DNA of 64,000 bases from Bacteroidota bacterium (GCA_016868455.1 VGGV01000013.1:11040-75039), one strand, 5' to 3'. Counted from the stretch's first letter, positions 1 through 9,212 are shown. Made by a program: numbers and translations. Notes: generated from the letters alone by a model not told the origin.

Positions 1-633
1 ATAATCCAGTTCATCCCAATATACGTCAGTGATAAACTGCCGGATGGCGCTGCTGGCCATCGGGCCACGCCATACCACCGCATTTTTTTCATCCACCAGC
101 AGCCCGATACTGATCAGCTTGATGCCGTATCTCTCCAGTGGTGCAATCATGGGTTTTTCGCCGCCCACATCCACCATCATCGGCCGCTCTCCCCTTACCC
201 CAAACATAATCGGCACACTGGGTCCATAAATATCCGCATCCAGCAATCCTGTTTTGGCGCCTCCCTGCGATAAGGCCAGCGCCAGGTTGGCGGCCACAGT
301 TGACTTACCCACCCCTCCTTTTCCGCTTACTACAGCAATAATATTTTTCACTTTGGGCAGCACAGTTCCCGCATCAGTCCGCTTGGTGGTGGTATTGGCC
401 GTAAACTTTACATTTACCACGGCATCTTTATTCACCAGCAGTTTAACGGCATTCACACAGGCATTTTTAATCATGTCCTTCAGCGGGCAGGCAGGCGTGG
501 TAAGCACCACAGTAAAGGAAACATAGTTGCCTTCAATCTCAATATCCTTTACCATGTTCAGCGTTACCAGGTCTTTACCCAGGTCAGGTTCCTGCACATT
601 GCTGAGCGCCTCCAGTATTTTTTCTTCAGTCAT
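1..633 (-). CDS. apbC: Mrp/ApbC (NBP35-family) Fe-S cluster carrier ATPase, first 211 codons; the C-terminus lies beyond the left edge
   Basis: Absent from the ORF track because it runs off the edge. My reverse-complement translation from ATG 631-633 gives MTEEKILEALSNVQEPDLGKDLVTLNMVKDI..., then the deviant Walker A NIIAVVSGKGGVGKS and GLLDADIYGPS, which are Mrp/ApbC hallmarks. The + strand track ORFs 29-229 and 254-526 are its antisense shadows. Confidence 0.85.
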   Translation of the reverse strand, partial: MTEEKILEALSNVQEPDLGKDLVTLNMVKDIEIEGNYVSFTVVLTTPACPLKDMIKNACVNAVKLLVNKDAVVNVKFTANTTTKRTDAGTVLPKVKNIIAVVSGKGGVGKSTVAANLALALSQGGAKTGLLDADIYGPSVPIMFGVRGERPMMVDVGGEKPMIAPLERYGIKLISIGLLVDEKNAVVWRGPMASSAIRQFITDVYWDELDY

Positions 634-733
634 TTTGCAAGTTTCTGTTAAAAAACAAGTATCCGGCAAAGTTACACATTAACACCCCTGTTTTGTTTTA
701 CGATTTCGGCAACTACTGCCTATTTTTGAACCG

Positions 734-1378
734 GTGAAGAAAATTTTACTTTATACCATTTTTTTATTATTTGTTTCCGCCTCACAAACTGCCAAAGCCC
801 AGTTTGAAACTTCCCGTGATTCTGTTGTACAACTGTATGGTGTGGTAATGACGGCTGACAGTTTAGTGGGCATTCCCGCCGTTAGCATTATGGTAAAGGG
901 GCAAAACCGCGGCACTATTACCAATGCAGAGGGTGTTTTCTCCATTGTTGTGCTGAAGGGCGACCAGGTGGAGTTTACCCATGTAACCTATAAACCAAAA
1001 ACGGTAACCATCCCCCGCAATCTGGAAGGCAATCAATACAGCGTGGTGCAGCTGATGGTGATAGATACTGTTTACCTCCCCGCCACCATCATCAGGCCAA
1101 GACCCACAGCAGAGCAGTTTGCAAGGGATTTTGTCAATATCAAAGTACCGGATGATGATTTAGAGATTGCCCGAAAAAATACCAGCGCCGCAAAACGAAG
1201 GGTGTTGCTGCAAACCACACCGGCTGATGGCGGCGAAGCCACCCGGATACAGTTCAATAAAATTGCTAACCGTGCCGTGTACCAGGGTCAAACGCCACCA
1301 ATGAATATCTTTAATCCGGCTGCATGGGCCGATTTTATACAGGCATGGAAGCGGGGAGATTTTAAGAACAAGAATTAA
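734..1378 (+). CDS. Secreted protein with a carboxypeptidase-regulatory-like (CarboxypepD_reg) beta-sandwich domain
   Basis: Signal peptide MKKILLYTIFLLFVSASQTAKAQ. The segment LYGVVMTADSLVGIPAVSIMVKGQNRGTITNAEGVFSIVV resembles the CarboxypepD_reg fold motif. The rest has no recognisable family. Confidence 0.55.
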   Translation: MKKILLYTIFLLFVSASQTAKAQFETSRDSVVQLYGVVMTADSLVGIPAVSIMVKGQNRGTITNAEGVFSIVVLKGDQVEFTHVTYKPKTVTIPRNLEGNQYSVVQLMVIDTVYLPATIIRPRPTAEQFARDFVNIKVPDDDLEIARKNTSAAKRRVLLQTTPADGGEATRIQFNKIANRAVYQGQTPPMNIFNPAAWADFIQAWKRGDFKNKN

Positions 1379-1385
1379 TACCCTC

Positions 1386-1410
1386 TATCCCCCGCCGGTT
1401 GGAGGGGATA
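1386..1410. repeat. GC-rich hairpin TATCCCC-N11-GGGGATA just after the stop at 1378
   Basis: Inverted repeat read directly from the sequence. No U-tract follows, so it looks like a repeat element rather than a classical terminator. Confidence 0.5.
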
Positions 1411-1602
1411 CTTAGGCCAATCAGTCTTTTTACAATTCAGTTTCTTTCAAAACAGTTATTTTACTTATAGTGCCAGCTTTGGTGCTGCTATCAACTGTAG
1501 TTGCGACGCCTGTCTGTCCGGTAAGCAGGCTCCGTTTATCGTCTGGTTCGCTGTTGTGCAACCCACCCCATTTTCTCAAAGAAGAAAATTTTCCTCAGCC
1601 CG

Positions 1603-1618
1603 CCCCTCCGGGGAGGGG
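1603..1618. repeat. Perfect 16-nt palindrome CCCCTCCGGGGAGGGG
   Basis: Read directly from the sequence. It belongs to the CCCCTC...GAGGGG hairpin family described in the findings. Confidence 0.6.
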
Positions 1619-1722
1619 ATGAACCCTTAATGCCTATTTTTGCTTTCGTAAATAATTCAATCATTCTTCCCCAAAGGAGGCATTACAAATCTCCCTTTAG
1701 GGCAAAGGAAAATTCAACAATC

Positions 1723-2631
1723 ATGAATATCACCGGGGGTATTTCCGTTATCGGCGCCGGCACCATGGGCAATGGTATAGCCCATGTATTTGCACAACAT
1801 GGGTTTAAAGTAACACTGGTGGATGTGTCGCTGTCGCAATTAGACAGGGCATTGGCGACCATTGGTAAAAACCTTGACCGCATGGTGGCCAAAGAAATCA
1901 TCCGCAAGGAAATGAAAGAAGAAACACTGGCCAATATCACCACACAATCTAACCTGATTGAAGGGGTGAAAGATGCTGAGCTGGTGGTAGAAGCTGCTAC
2001 CGAAAATGTGGATCTGAAACTTAAAATATTTGAGGACCTTGATCATTACGCACCCAAAGCGGCCATATTGGCCACCAATACTTCTTCTATTTCCATTACA
2101 AAAATTGCAGCTGCCACGGGTCGTGCCGATAAAGTAATCGGCATGCACTTTATGAACCCCGTGCCGGTAATGAAACTGGTAGAAATAATTAACGGCTATG
2201 CCACCAAAAAAGAAGTGACCGACAGTATTGTCGAGCTGAGCAAAAAACTGGGTAAGGTGCCCTGCGTGGTAAATGATTATCCCGGCTTTATTGCCAATCG
2301 TATTTTGATGCCGATGATCAATGAAGCCATTTACAGTTTATATGAAGGCGTAGCCGGGGTGGAAGAAATTGACACGGTGATGAAACTCGGCATGGCCCAC
2401 CCCATGGGGCCGCTGCAACTGGCCGATTTTATCGGGCTGGATGTTTGTCTTGCGATATTAAAAGTATTGCATGATGGTTTTGGAAATCCCAAGTATGCTC
2501 CCTGTCCTTTACTGGTTAATATGGTAACCGCCGGTAAACTGGGCGCTAAAAGCGGTGAAGGATTTTATGTTTATACCGCGGGGAGTAAGGAGTTGGTGCC
2601 TGCCCACCGGAGCAATGCAAAGGCGGGGTGA
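1723..2631 (+). CDS. hbd: 3-hydroxybutyryl-CoA / 3-hydroxyacyl-CoA dehydrogenase
   Basis: Rossmann motif VIGAGTMGNGIAHV plus 3HCDH N- and C-domain-like sequence throughout. I moved the start from the track's 1630 to ATG 1723 (MNITGGISVIGAG...), the usual N-terminus for this family. Confidence 0.9.
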   Translation: MNITGGISVIGAGTMGNGIAHVFAQHGFKVTLVDVSLSQLDRALATIGKNLDRMVAKEIIRKEMKEETLANITTQSNLIEGVKDAELVVEAATENVDLKLKIFEDLDHYAPKAAILATNTSSISITKIAAATGRADKVIGMHFMNPVPVMKLVEIINGYATKKEVTDSIVELSKKLGKVPCVVNDYPGFIANRILMPMINEAIYSLYEGVAGVEEIDTVMKLGMAHPMGPLQLADFIGLDVCLAILKVLHDGFGNPKYAPCPLLVNMVTAGKLGAKSGEGFYVYTAGSKELVPAHRSNAKAG

Positions 2632-2648
2632 ATTTTTCCCGCCAGGAG

Positions 2649-3728
2649 TCAAAATGCCGGTTTATAAATTTCTATCTTGTCGGCCAGTAGTTTTTGTTCT
2701 CCTGTTTTTATAACGGCCGGTAATATTGGCGCCGTCAATCCATTACCAATTGACAATTGCCTGTTCACAAGCACCCTCGCTTCATCCCAGATCTCTTCAG
2801 CAATGAATGATTGCAGCAATCCTGCCCCTCCTTCCACCAGTACACTTTGAAGTTGCAGTTGGTGCAGGGCATTTAAAATTTGGCGAACAAGGCTTACATC
2901 ATGTGTTACCTGGTAATACCTCACCCCAACCCTCCCCATAAATGGAGCGGGGGGAGGCCTCTCTATTTGTTCGGTATGAACTTTTGTATTGAATATGATG
3001 GTTGGCGTTTGCTGGTTAAATATTTTCAGCGATTCTGGTAATTTCAGTTCCATATCCACCACCAGCCGCACCGGTGAATTGCCTGGCCATAACCTTGTTG
3101 TGAGTTCCGGATCATCCAGTAATGCGGTATTTGATCCCACCAGTATAGCCGCTTCTTCGCTCCGCCACTGGTGTACCAGCCGGTTGCTGTATTCATTACT
3201 GATCAGCAGCCTTTCCGAACTCCCGGCTGAAATTTTCCCATCAGCAGTCTGCGCCCACTTCAGTATTACATAAGGCCGGTGTTTTGTATGAAAAGTAAAG
3301 AAGCGTTTGTTCAGTTCTTTGCATTCATTTTCCAGTTCTCCCATCGTAACTTCTACGCCTGCCGCTTTTAGTTTTTCAATTCCCTTTCCGTCCACCTCTT
3401 TAAAAGGGTCACGGCAACCGATTACAACTTTGGGAATTTTATACTGAATAATCAGGTCGGTGCAGGGCGGTGTTTTTCCAAAATGGGCACAGGGTTCCAG
3501 TGATATATATAATACAGAACCGGAAATAAGTTCTTTGTCAGCTTGCATTACTGATTCAATACAATTCACTTCTGCATGCGGCCCGCCATATTGCTGATGC
3601 CATCCTTCGCCGATAATACGGTTTTCATGTACCAGTACGGCTCCCACCATCGGGTTGGGCGCCACATAGCCCGCCCCGAGTTTGGCCAGCTCAAGACAGC
3701 GTTGCATATATTGCTCGTCAATGGTCAA
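2649..3728 (-). CDS. ribD: Bifunctional riboflavin biosynthesis protein RibD (pyrimidine deaminase / uracil reductase)
   Basis: N-terminal CMP/dCMP deaminase zinc motifs (HAEVNCI ... LEPCAHFGKTPPC). The C-terminal RibD reductase domain has RPYVILKWAQTADGKI and SVLVEGG. Confidence 0.95.
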   Translation of the reverse strand: MTIDEQYMQRCLELAKLGAGYVAPNPMVGAVLVHENRIIGEGWHQQYGGPHAEVNCIESVMQADKELISGSVLYISLEPCAHFGKTPPCTDLIIQYKIPKVVIGCRDPFKEVDGKGIEKLKAAGVEVTMGELENECKELNKRFFTFHTKHRPYVILKWAQTADGKISAGSSERLLISNEYSNRLVHQWRSEEAAILVGSNTALLDDPELTTRLWPGNSPVRLVVDMELKLPESLKIFNQQTPTIIFNTKVHTEQIERPPPAPFMGRVGVRYYQVTHDVSLVRQILNALHQLQLQSVLVEGGAGLLQSFIAEEIWDEARVLVNRQLSIGNGLTAPILPAVIKTGEQKLLADKIEIYKPAF

Positions 3729-3838
3729 TGGTGAATTGTTAATAGTGAAGGTTCAATTCCTGCGAATGTACTCCAACAAAAGCAGTCAACTTATATTTGA
3801 GGCTTAAATTCACTATTCAGCATTGACTATTCACTCTT

Positions 3839-4693
3839 ATGACCATACAGGAAGCCACCCATTACCTTTTAAATAATCTTCGCAGTATTTACGCTGAGGG
3901 AGAAGCCGGTCAGATAACCGACTGGGTGATGGAATACCTGACCGGTTCAAAAAAGGCGGAAAGAATGATCTACAAACATGCTGCCATCACCCCGAATGAA
4001 GAAAAACAGTTGCAACAACTGGCCGAAAGACTGATGAAGCATGAGCCTGTACAGTATGTGCTGAACGAATCCTGGTTCTGCGGACTGAAATTCTATGTTG
4101 ACAGGAATGTACTGATACCAAGACCGGAAACCGAAGAGCTGGTTGAATGGATCATTTCCAACTGCAGGTTCCCCGTTGATGAATTAAAGATTCTGGATAT
4201 TGGTACCGGCAGCGGGTGCATCGCTGTTTCTTTAAAAAGAAGATTGCGAAAAGCGGAGGTGTGGGCCTGTGATGTTAGCAGCAGGGCATTGGAAGCAGCT
4301 GCAAAAAATGCAACCACGCTGGGTACTGATGTAAATTTTATTCCGTTGAATTTTTTGGACAAAAGGGAATGGGAGAAACTTCCTGCATTTAACATCATCG
4401 TCAGCAATCCGCCCTATGTGCCCGAATCAGATAAACAGCACCTGAACCCTAATGTGCTGAGCTATGAGCCTCATACTGCTTTATTCGTTCCGGATAACGA
4501 TCCGCTGATGTTTTACAAAGCCATTGCTGAATTTGGTAAAGAGCATTTGAATAAAGGGGGAAGCATTTACGCTGAAATTCATGAAAGCCTTGGCTTATCC
4601 GCAACTACTTTATTCCAGCATCACGGATACAATACAGAATTGAAAACAGATATGCAGAAAAAAGACAGGATGGTGAGAGCAATTAGGAATTAG
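3839..4693 (+). CDS. prmC: Peptide chain release factor N5-glutamine methyltransferase
   Basis: SAM motif ILDIGTGSGCIA and catalytic IVSNPPYV (NPPY), with HemK/PrmC length and layout. Confidence 0.9.
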   Translation: MTIQEATHYLLNNLRSIYAEGEAGQITDWVMEYLTGSKKAERMIYKHAAITPNEEKQLQQLAERLMKHEPVQYVLNESWFCGLKFYVDRNVLIPRPETEELVEWIISNCRFPVDELKILDIGTGSGCIAVSLKRRLRKAEVWACDVSSRALEAAAKNATTLGTDVNFIPLNFLDKREWEKLPAFNIIVSNPPYVPESDKQHLNPNVLSYEPHTALFVPDNDPLMFYKAIAEFGKEHLNKGGSIYAEIHESLGLSATTLFQHHGYNTELKTDMQKKDRMVRAIRN

Positions 4694-4766
4694 CAGTCTG
4701 TAGTTTGTAGTTCGAAGTCACCATCCGTTATAAGAATATTTTTCAAGAAATACATATAAGGCAGAC

Positions 4767-4820
4767 ATTGTCGCCTATTGTCCTTTGCCAATTGTCTATT
4801 GTCTATTGTCTATTGCCTAT
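4767..4820. repeat. Degenerate tandem heptamer (ATTGTCT)n microsatellite
   Basis: attgtcgcct attgtccttt gcca attgtct attgtct attgtct attgcct, read directly in the prmC/exbD convergent spacer. Confidence 0.7.
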
Positions 4821-4833
4821 CCACTTCTCACCA

Positions 4834-4849
4834 CCCGATAGCTATCGGG
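4834..4849. repeat. REP-like palindrome CCCGATAGCTATCGGG (copy 1)
   Basis: Perfect 16-nt palindrome. This copy is flanked by a 7-nt direct repeat, TCACCAC. Confidence 0.8.
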
Positions 4850-4863
4850 TCACCACTCACCCC

Positions 4864-5265
4864 TCACTGCTCAATCCTCGCCACCACTTTGGCCGAATCT
4901 TTTTTGGCAATACGCATTACCCGGAACACTTCCCCATAAAAAGCGCTGGTATCGGCGTTGATCACCACCACCGGCGTATCCCGCAGGGCCCTGTATTTTT
5001 TAATTTCCATGGAGAGAAGTGAATCAAATTGATCAGAAGGCACTTTCCGGCTGCCGATGGCATATTGCTGGTTCTTATCAATGGACACCATAATATCCTG
5101 CTTGGCCTTGGTGTCCTTGGTTCCCCTGGGGAGACCCACTTTTACCACATTGGGGTTCGCCAGTGTGGCCACGATGAGGAAGAACATCAGCAGTATGAAA
5201 AGGATATCATTGAGTGAATCGGTAAACACTTCTGATTCTTCTTTATGTTTTTTTCTGAAACTCAT
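4864..5265 (-). CDS. exbD: ExbD/TolR biopolymer transport protein
   Basis: 133 aa with one N-terminal TM (LNDILFILLMFFLIVATL), the typical ExbD layout. It sits directly downstream of the ExbB-like gene. Confidence 0.85.
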   Translation of the reverse strand: MSFRKKHKEESEVFTDSLNDILFILLMFFLIVATLANPNVVKVGLPRGTKDTKAKQDIMVSIDKNQQYAIGSRKVPSDQFDSLLSMEIKKYRALRDTPVVVINADTSAFYGEVFRVMRIAKKDSAKVVARIEQ

Positions 5266-5314
5266 GGTTTGCGCTTACGTGATGATTACGGCTTTACTTT
5301 CAATATATCGTCCT

Positions 5315-6013
5315 TTATCTCGTCGGCTCCTGCAGCACATCCAGGAAATCGGCCTCCGCCGCTTCCATCTTATTGGCTGTTTTATCAATCTGTGTTTTTA
5401 AATAGCTATGCGCCAGGTAAGCACATAATCCGATAATGAGACCGGTAATAGATGTAATCAGCTTGGTATAAATACCGCCGGCGATGGTGCTTACTTCAAA
5501 TTCGTTGGAAGTATTGATACGGGAGAACAACTGCATCAGACCGACCAGCGTACCTACGAAACCGAAAATGGGTGCCGCTTTGGAGATCGTTGACAACACA
5601 CCGAGGTTCTTCTCCAGTTTGTACATTTCCAGTTCACCCACATTGTCCATACTCGTTTCAATGCTGTCGAGCGGTTTGCCAATGCGCTGTATTCCTTTGT
5701 CCACAATGCGGGCCACCGGGGTATTGTTATTCTTGGCAAAATTGCGGGCGGCTGTAACGTTACCGCTTACGATATTGTCCCGGATAATGTTCATGAAGTT
5801 GTCATCAATCTTTGATGCATTGCGGATGGCAATGGTACGCTCGGCAAAAACATATACAGCCAGCAGCAGCATAATGGCCAGCGGGATCATGATCCAGCCT
5901 CCCATTTTCAGCAATTCAAAGAAACTAAGGTGTCCGTCATGATTGGTGTCGCCGGAGGCGAACTGGGCTGCTTTCTGTAAACTGTCAGTAGCGATCTGCA
6001 GAAGGTCAAACAT
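5315..6013 (-). CDS. exbB: MotA/TolQ/ExbB proton-channel protein
   Basis: 232 aa with three TM segments and the conserved C-terminal APIFGFVGTLVGLM motif region of MotA/ExbB proteins. Confidence 0.9.
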   Translation of the reverse strand: MFDLLQIATDSLQKAAQFASGDTNHDGHLSFFELLKMGGWIMIPLAIMLLLAVYVFAERTIAIRNASKIDDNFMNIIRDNIVSGNVTAARNFAKNNNTPVARIVDKGIQRIGKPLDSIETSMDNVGELEMYKLEKNLGVLSTISKAAPIFGFVGTLVGLMQLFSRINTSNEFEVSTIAGGIYTKLITSITGLIIGLCAYLAHSYLKTQIDKTANKMEAAEADFLDVLQEPTR

Positions 6014-6196
6014 AATTTTCTTCTTTAGGTGTAAAAGTAGGTGTTGACTCCAAATTTGTTTTTAGCTGTTATCAACAGTTGTGCATTGAACGAGAAAAAT
6101 AATGCCCCGTTGTCCGGCTCCGTCAAGTTTTAGAGTTCTTTAACAGGCAAGGTTGATTCGTTAACTGGTTAATTAGCTTTACAGGGCATGCTCCCG

Positions 6197-6237
6197 ATAA
6201 AAAACGGTGCCCTATTTCATTAGTAAAAAGCACCGTT
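6197..6237 (-). terminator. Rho-independent terminator after the SPFH gene
   Basis: On the minus strand, AACGGTGC-loop-GCACCGTT is followed by TTTTTT. Confidence 0.7.
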
Positions 6238-6260
6238 AAACCAATAAACTAATTAACCAA

Positions 6261-7202
6261 TCACTGCTTTGCTCCCGCCTGTTTCACCATCAGCGCCTGT
6301 ATCTGCTTCATGGTTCCCTCCATGCCATCGGGGCTTCCATCGAGGAAGATGACATTGCCTTTTCCGTATTCGGCAAAATTTTTAATCGCCTCAGTCCACA
6401 TACTGAAGAGAATTACATTGGTATCCAGGTTGGCCTGCTTCATTTGCTCCGCTGCCTCGGTCATGCCGGATGCCACTTCTTTTCTGAACAATGCCACACC
6501 CTGGCCACGTAGCCTGGCTGCTTCCTTTTCTGCTTCGGCAGCAATTTTAATTGCATTACCATCGGCCTCCGCCTGCTTGGTTTTGGTAATCAGCAAAGCC
6601 TGTCCTTCATTCTCGGCCGCTGCTTTCAGGTTATTACTGGCCACTACCTTGCTCATGGAGTCAAGGATCATTTTATCAAAAGTGATGTCATTGATCTGCA
6701 AATCCTGCAGGTGATAGCCCCATCCTTCCAGGCTTTGATCAACATGCTCTTTTACAAATTCCACAATTTCCCTTCTCAGCCCCAGTATCTCTGCCTGCTT
6801 TTTTGTTGCCACATAGGCCCTGATATTACCCTCGATGGTTCTGATAAGCGCCTGCATCAGGTCTTTATCGCTGATGAATTTGAAGGCCACTTTTTTTATC
6901 GTTTCTTCCTCGGAATTCTGTACGGAATAAAGCAGCATGCTCTTAAAGTATACATTGGCCTGGTCAGCCGTTACGGCCTGGAACTCCAGTTCCACCGAAC
7001 GGTTTTGAATGGATACCTTCCTGAATACATGTTCAAGGATTGGAATTTTGAAATTAAGACCCGGCCTGGCCACCCGCCGGTATTTGCCGAACATAGTAAT
7101 AACACCAATGTAACCCTGGTTTATGGTAAATAACCCGCTGAAAACAATAATCACCAGTACGATGATCCACCAGTACTCTGAAAGCCATTGCCTGATATCC
7201 AT
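6261..7202 (-). CDS. SPFH/band-7 (prohibitin/HflC-like) membrane protein
   Basis: N-terminal TM (WWIIVLVIIVFSGLF) followed by an SPFH domain and an Ala/Glu-rich coiled coil. I moved the start to ATG 7202 (MDIRQW...) to remove overlap with the pepT stop. Confidence 0.85.
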   Translation of the reverse strand: MDIRQWLSEYWWIIVLVIIVFSGLFTINQGYIGVITMFGKYRRVARPGLNFKIPILEHVFRKVSIQNRSVELEFQAVTADQANVYFKSMLLYSVQNSEEETIKKVAFKFISDKDLMQALIRTIEGNIRAYVATKKQAEILGLRREIVEFVKEHVDQSLEGWGYHLQDLQINDITFDKMILDSMSKVVASNNLKAAAENEGQALLITKTKQAEADGNAIKIAAEAEKEAARLRGQGVALFRKEVASGMTEAAEQMKQANLDTNVILFSMWTEAIKNFAEYGKGNVIFLDGSPDGMEGTMKQIQALMVKQAGAKQ

Positions 7203-7231
7203 AGTTATAAGTTTTAGACTGCAAATTACGT

Positions 7232-8500
7232 TTAAGTTTTCTCTTCCTCCGAAGGGGTTCTTTCGAACCACACCTGCACCAGGTGCACCAGCATTTGTAC
7301 GGCCTTCTCCATATCCTGCACACTAATGTGTTCCAGTTTGGAATGGATAGCTTGCTCGCCGGCAAATAAGTTGGGGCAGGGCAGCCCCATGAATGATAAC
7401 CGGCTGCCATCCGTACCCCCGCGGATGCTTTCCATTTTTACCTTAAGCCCGGTTCTTTCAATTGCTTCTTTTGCATATTCCACCACCTGAGGGTGCAGGT
7501 CCAGCACTTCTTTCATATTACGGTACTGTTCTGTTACTTTAAATTCAAATGTTGCTTTTGGATAAGTACGCATTCTTTCTTCGATTTGCGTCCGCAGATA
7601 ATCTTCTTTCTTTACCAGGCCTTCTGTTTCAAAATCCCTGATGATAAAATCAATAGTGCATTTTTCAACAATCCCTTCCACCCTGACCGGGTGTATAAAA
7701 CCTCTTTTCCCTTCGGTGGACTCGGGTGATAAACGGTCTTTGGGTAAAAAAGCCAGTATTTCACCTGCAATTTTCATTGCATTGATCATTTTATCTTTTG
7801 CATACCCGGGGTGTGCACTTACACCATGTATTATCACCTGTACTGCATCGGCGCTGAATGTTTCATCTTCCAGCGAGCCGGCATCACCGCTGTCTAATGT
7901 GTAACCAAAATCAGCAGCCAGTTTTTTCATATCCACTTTGGCAGTTCCTTTGCCCACTTCTTCATCAGGTGTAAAAAGTATTTTTATTTCCCCGTGCTTT
8001 ACATGGGGATGGGTTACAAGAAAATTTGCGAGATCCATGATCCCGGCCACACCGGCCTTATCATCCGAACCTAACAGTGTAGTACCTGAAGCAGTAATAA
8101 TATCATTACCAATTTGTGTTTGCAGGTAAGGATACGCATTCATCCTTATCACCTGCGAGGGGTCATCCGGCAATACGATATCCTGTCCCTGGTAATTTTT
8201 ATGCAGGAGGGGCTTTACATTGGTTCCGCTGCAGTCCGGAGCTGTATCCATATGTGCACAGAAGCAAACCACCGGTACCTTTTTATTAGTATTGGAAGAA
8301 ATGGTGGCATATACATAACCCCATTCATCCATGTGCGCATCGGCCATACCTGTTTGCTTTAATTCATCAACTAATACCTTCGCCAGATCTTTTTGTTTTT
8401 CAGTAGTGGGGTAACTGGTGGATTGCGGATCGCTTTGCGTATCTATCCTGACGTACTTCATAAACCTTTCTGCAGCTGTAAACCGGTAATTTTCAAACAT
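7232..8500 (-). CDS. pepT: Peptidase T (tripeptide aminopeptidase, M20B)
   Basis: RFMKYVRIDTQSDPQS, CAHMDTAPD, LLGSDDKAGVA and FTPDEEVG are PepT/M20 signatures. I moved the start to ATG 8500 (MFENYRF...), giving about 422 aa, the normal size. Confidence 0.9.
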   Translation of the reverse strand: MFENYRFTAAERFMKYVRIDTQSDPQSTSYPTTEKQKDLAKVLVDELKQTGMADAHMDEWGYVYATISSNTNKKVPVVCFCAHMDTAPDCSGTNVKPLLHKNYQGQDIVLPDDPSQVIRMNAYPYLQTQIGNDIITASGTTLLGSDDKAGVAGIMDLANFLVTHPHVKHGEIKILFTPDEEVGKGTAKVDMKKLAADFGYTLDSGDAGSLEDETFSADAVQVIIHGVSAHPGYAKDKMINAMKIAGEILAFLPKDRLSPESTEGKRGFIHPVRVEGIVEKCTIDFIIRDFETEGLVKKEDYLRTQIEERMRTYPKATFEFKVTEQYRNMKEVLDLHPQVVEYAKEAIERTGLKVKMESIRGGTDGSRLSFMGLPCPNLFAGEQAIHSKLEHISVQDMEKAVQMLVHLVQVWFERTPSEEEKT

Positions 8501-8609
8501 AAGAAGCTGTTTGGGGCATCTAATATACGACATAAACCGCCGGTGTTGAAAGTCGCTTGGCAAAACCGGGAATATGTTTATCTTCAAACCTAAACGAAAA
8601 CTTACTAAC

Positions 8610-9119
8610 ATGAAAAAATGGTTAATCGGCTCATTCGTTGGCGCCATCATCGTTTTTGCATGGCAATTCCTTTCGTGGTCGCTGCTGGGTGTTCATAGCG
8701 GAGGTATGAAATACCATGCCGCACAGGACAGTATCATCACCTTCCTTTCTTCCACTATCAGTGAGGACGGAGCTTATATGCTGCCCACAGCGCCGCCCGG
8801 TAGTTCCGAAAAACAGCGGCAGGAACGGATGAAGCAGCAGGAAGGCAAGCCCTGGGCTTCTGTTATCTACCACAGCCAATTCAAAACAAATATGGCTATG
8901 CAGATGACAAGAGGTTTCCTGGTGGATTTATTCCTGGTGTTTTCGCTGATTTATATTCTAACCCGCGGCGGCACTCCCCCGGCCATGCGGATCTTTGCCG
9001 GTTCGGTGGTCGTCGGGTTATTTACTTTTTTATGGGGCCCCTACACCGGGCACAACTGGTTTGATTTACCCATGGCCATGATCAAAGGTGATTTGATTGA
9101 TGCATTGGCTGGTGGCTGA
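8610..9119 (+). CDS. Hypothetical integral membrane protein
   Basis: Track ORF trimmed to MKKWLIGSFVGAIIVFAW... It has about 4 predicted hydrophobic helices. I recognise no family. Confidence 0.5.
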   Translation: MKKWLIGSFVGAIIVFAWQFLSWSLLGVHSGGMKYHAAQDSIITFLSSTISEDGAYMLPTAPPGSSEKQRQERMKQQEGKPWASVIYHSQFKTNMAMQMTRGFLVDLFLVFSLIYILTRGGTPPAMRIFAGSVVVGLFTFLWGPYTGHNWFDLPMAMIKGDLIDALAGG

Positions 9120-9135
9120 ACAGAAAGTAGTTTCA

Positions 9136-9206
9136 AAGTTTGAGGTTCGAAGTTTCGGATTTTAAGAATTGTTGGATACAACTGCAGACGTTGAACCTCA
9201 AACTTC
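9136..9206. repeat. 13-bp inverted repeat (AAGTTTGAGGTTC ... GAACCTCAAACTT) between convergent genes
   Basis: Read directly from the sequence. It could act as a bidirectional terminator or stabiliser, but the loop is about 45 nt. Confidence 0.4.
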
Positions 9207-9212
9207 AATTAA

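Noticed and set aside
1630-1722. N-terminal extensions in the ORF track: hbd 1630, SPFH 7271, pepT 8650, rpsS 41763, rpsJ 45039, ompA 51290, VanX-like 52989, lipoprotein 16657, flavoprotein 32419.
   Set aside because: The extended parts have no homology-like sequence, often overlap the neighbouring gene, and in each case an internal ATG restores the canonical family N-terminus or signal peptide.
3729-3838. I looked for an FMN (RFN) riboswitch upstream of ribD and for a tRNA, because of a T-loop-like GGTTCAATTCC at about 3752.
   Set aside because: The spacer is only 110 nt and is shared with the divergent prmC. It lacks the conserved RFN core, and no acceptor, D or anticodon arms can be drawn around the T-loop-like word.
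4767-4820. Short tandem repeats considered as a possible CRISPR array.
   Set aside because: The unit is 7 nt with no spacers, and there are no cas genes in the window. It is a microsatellite.
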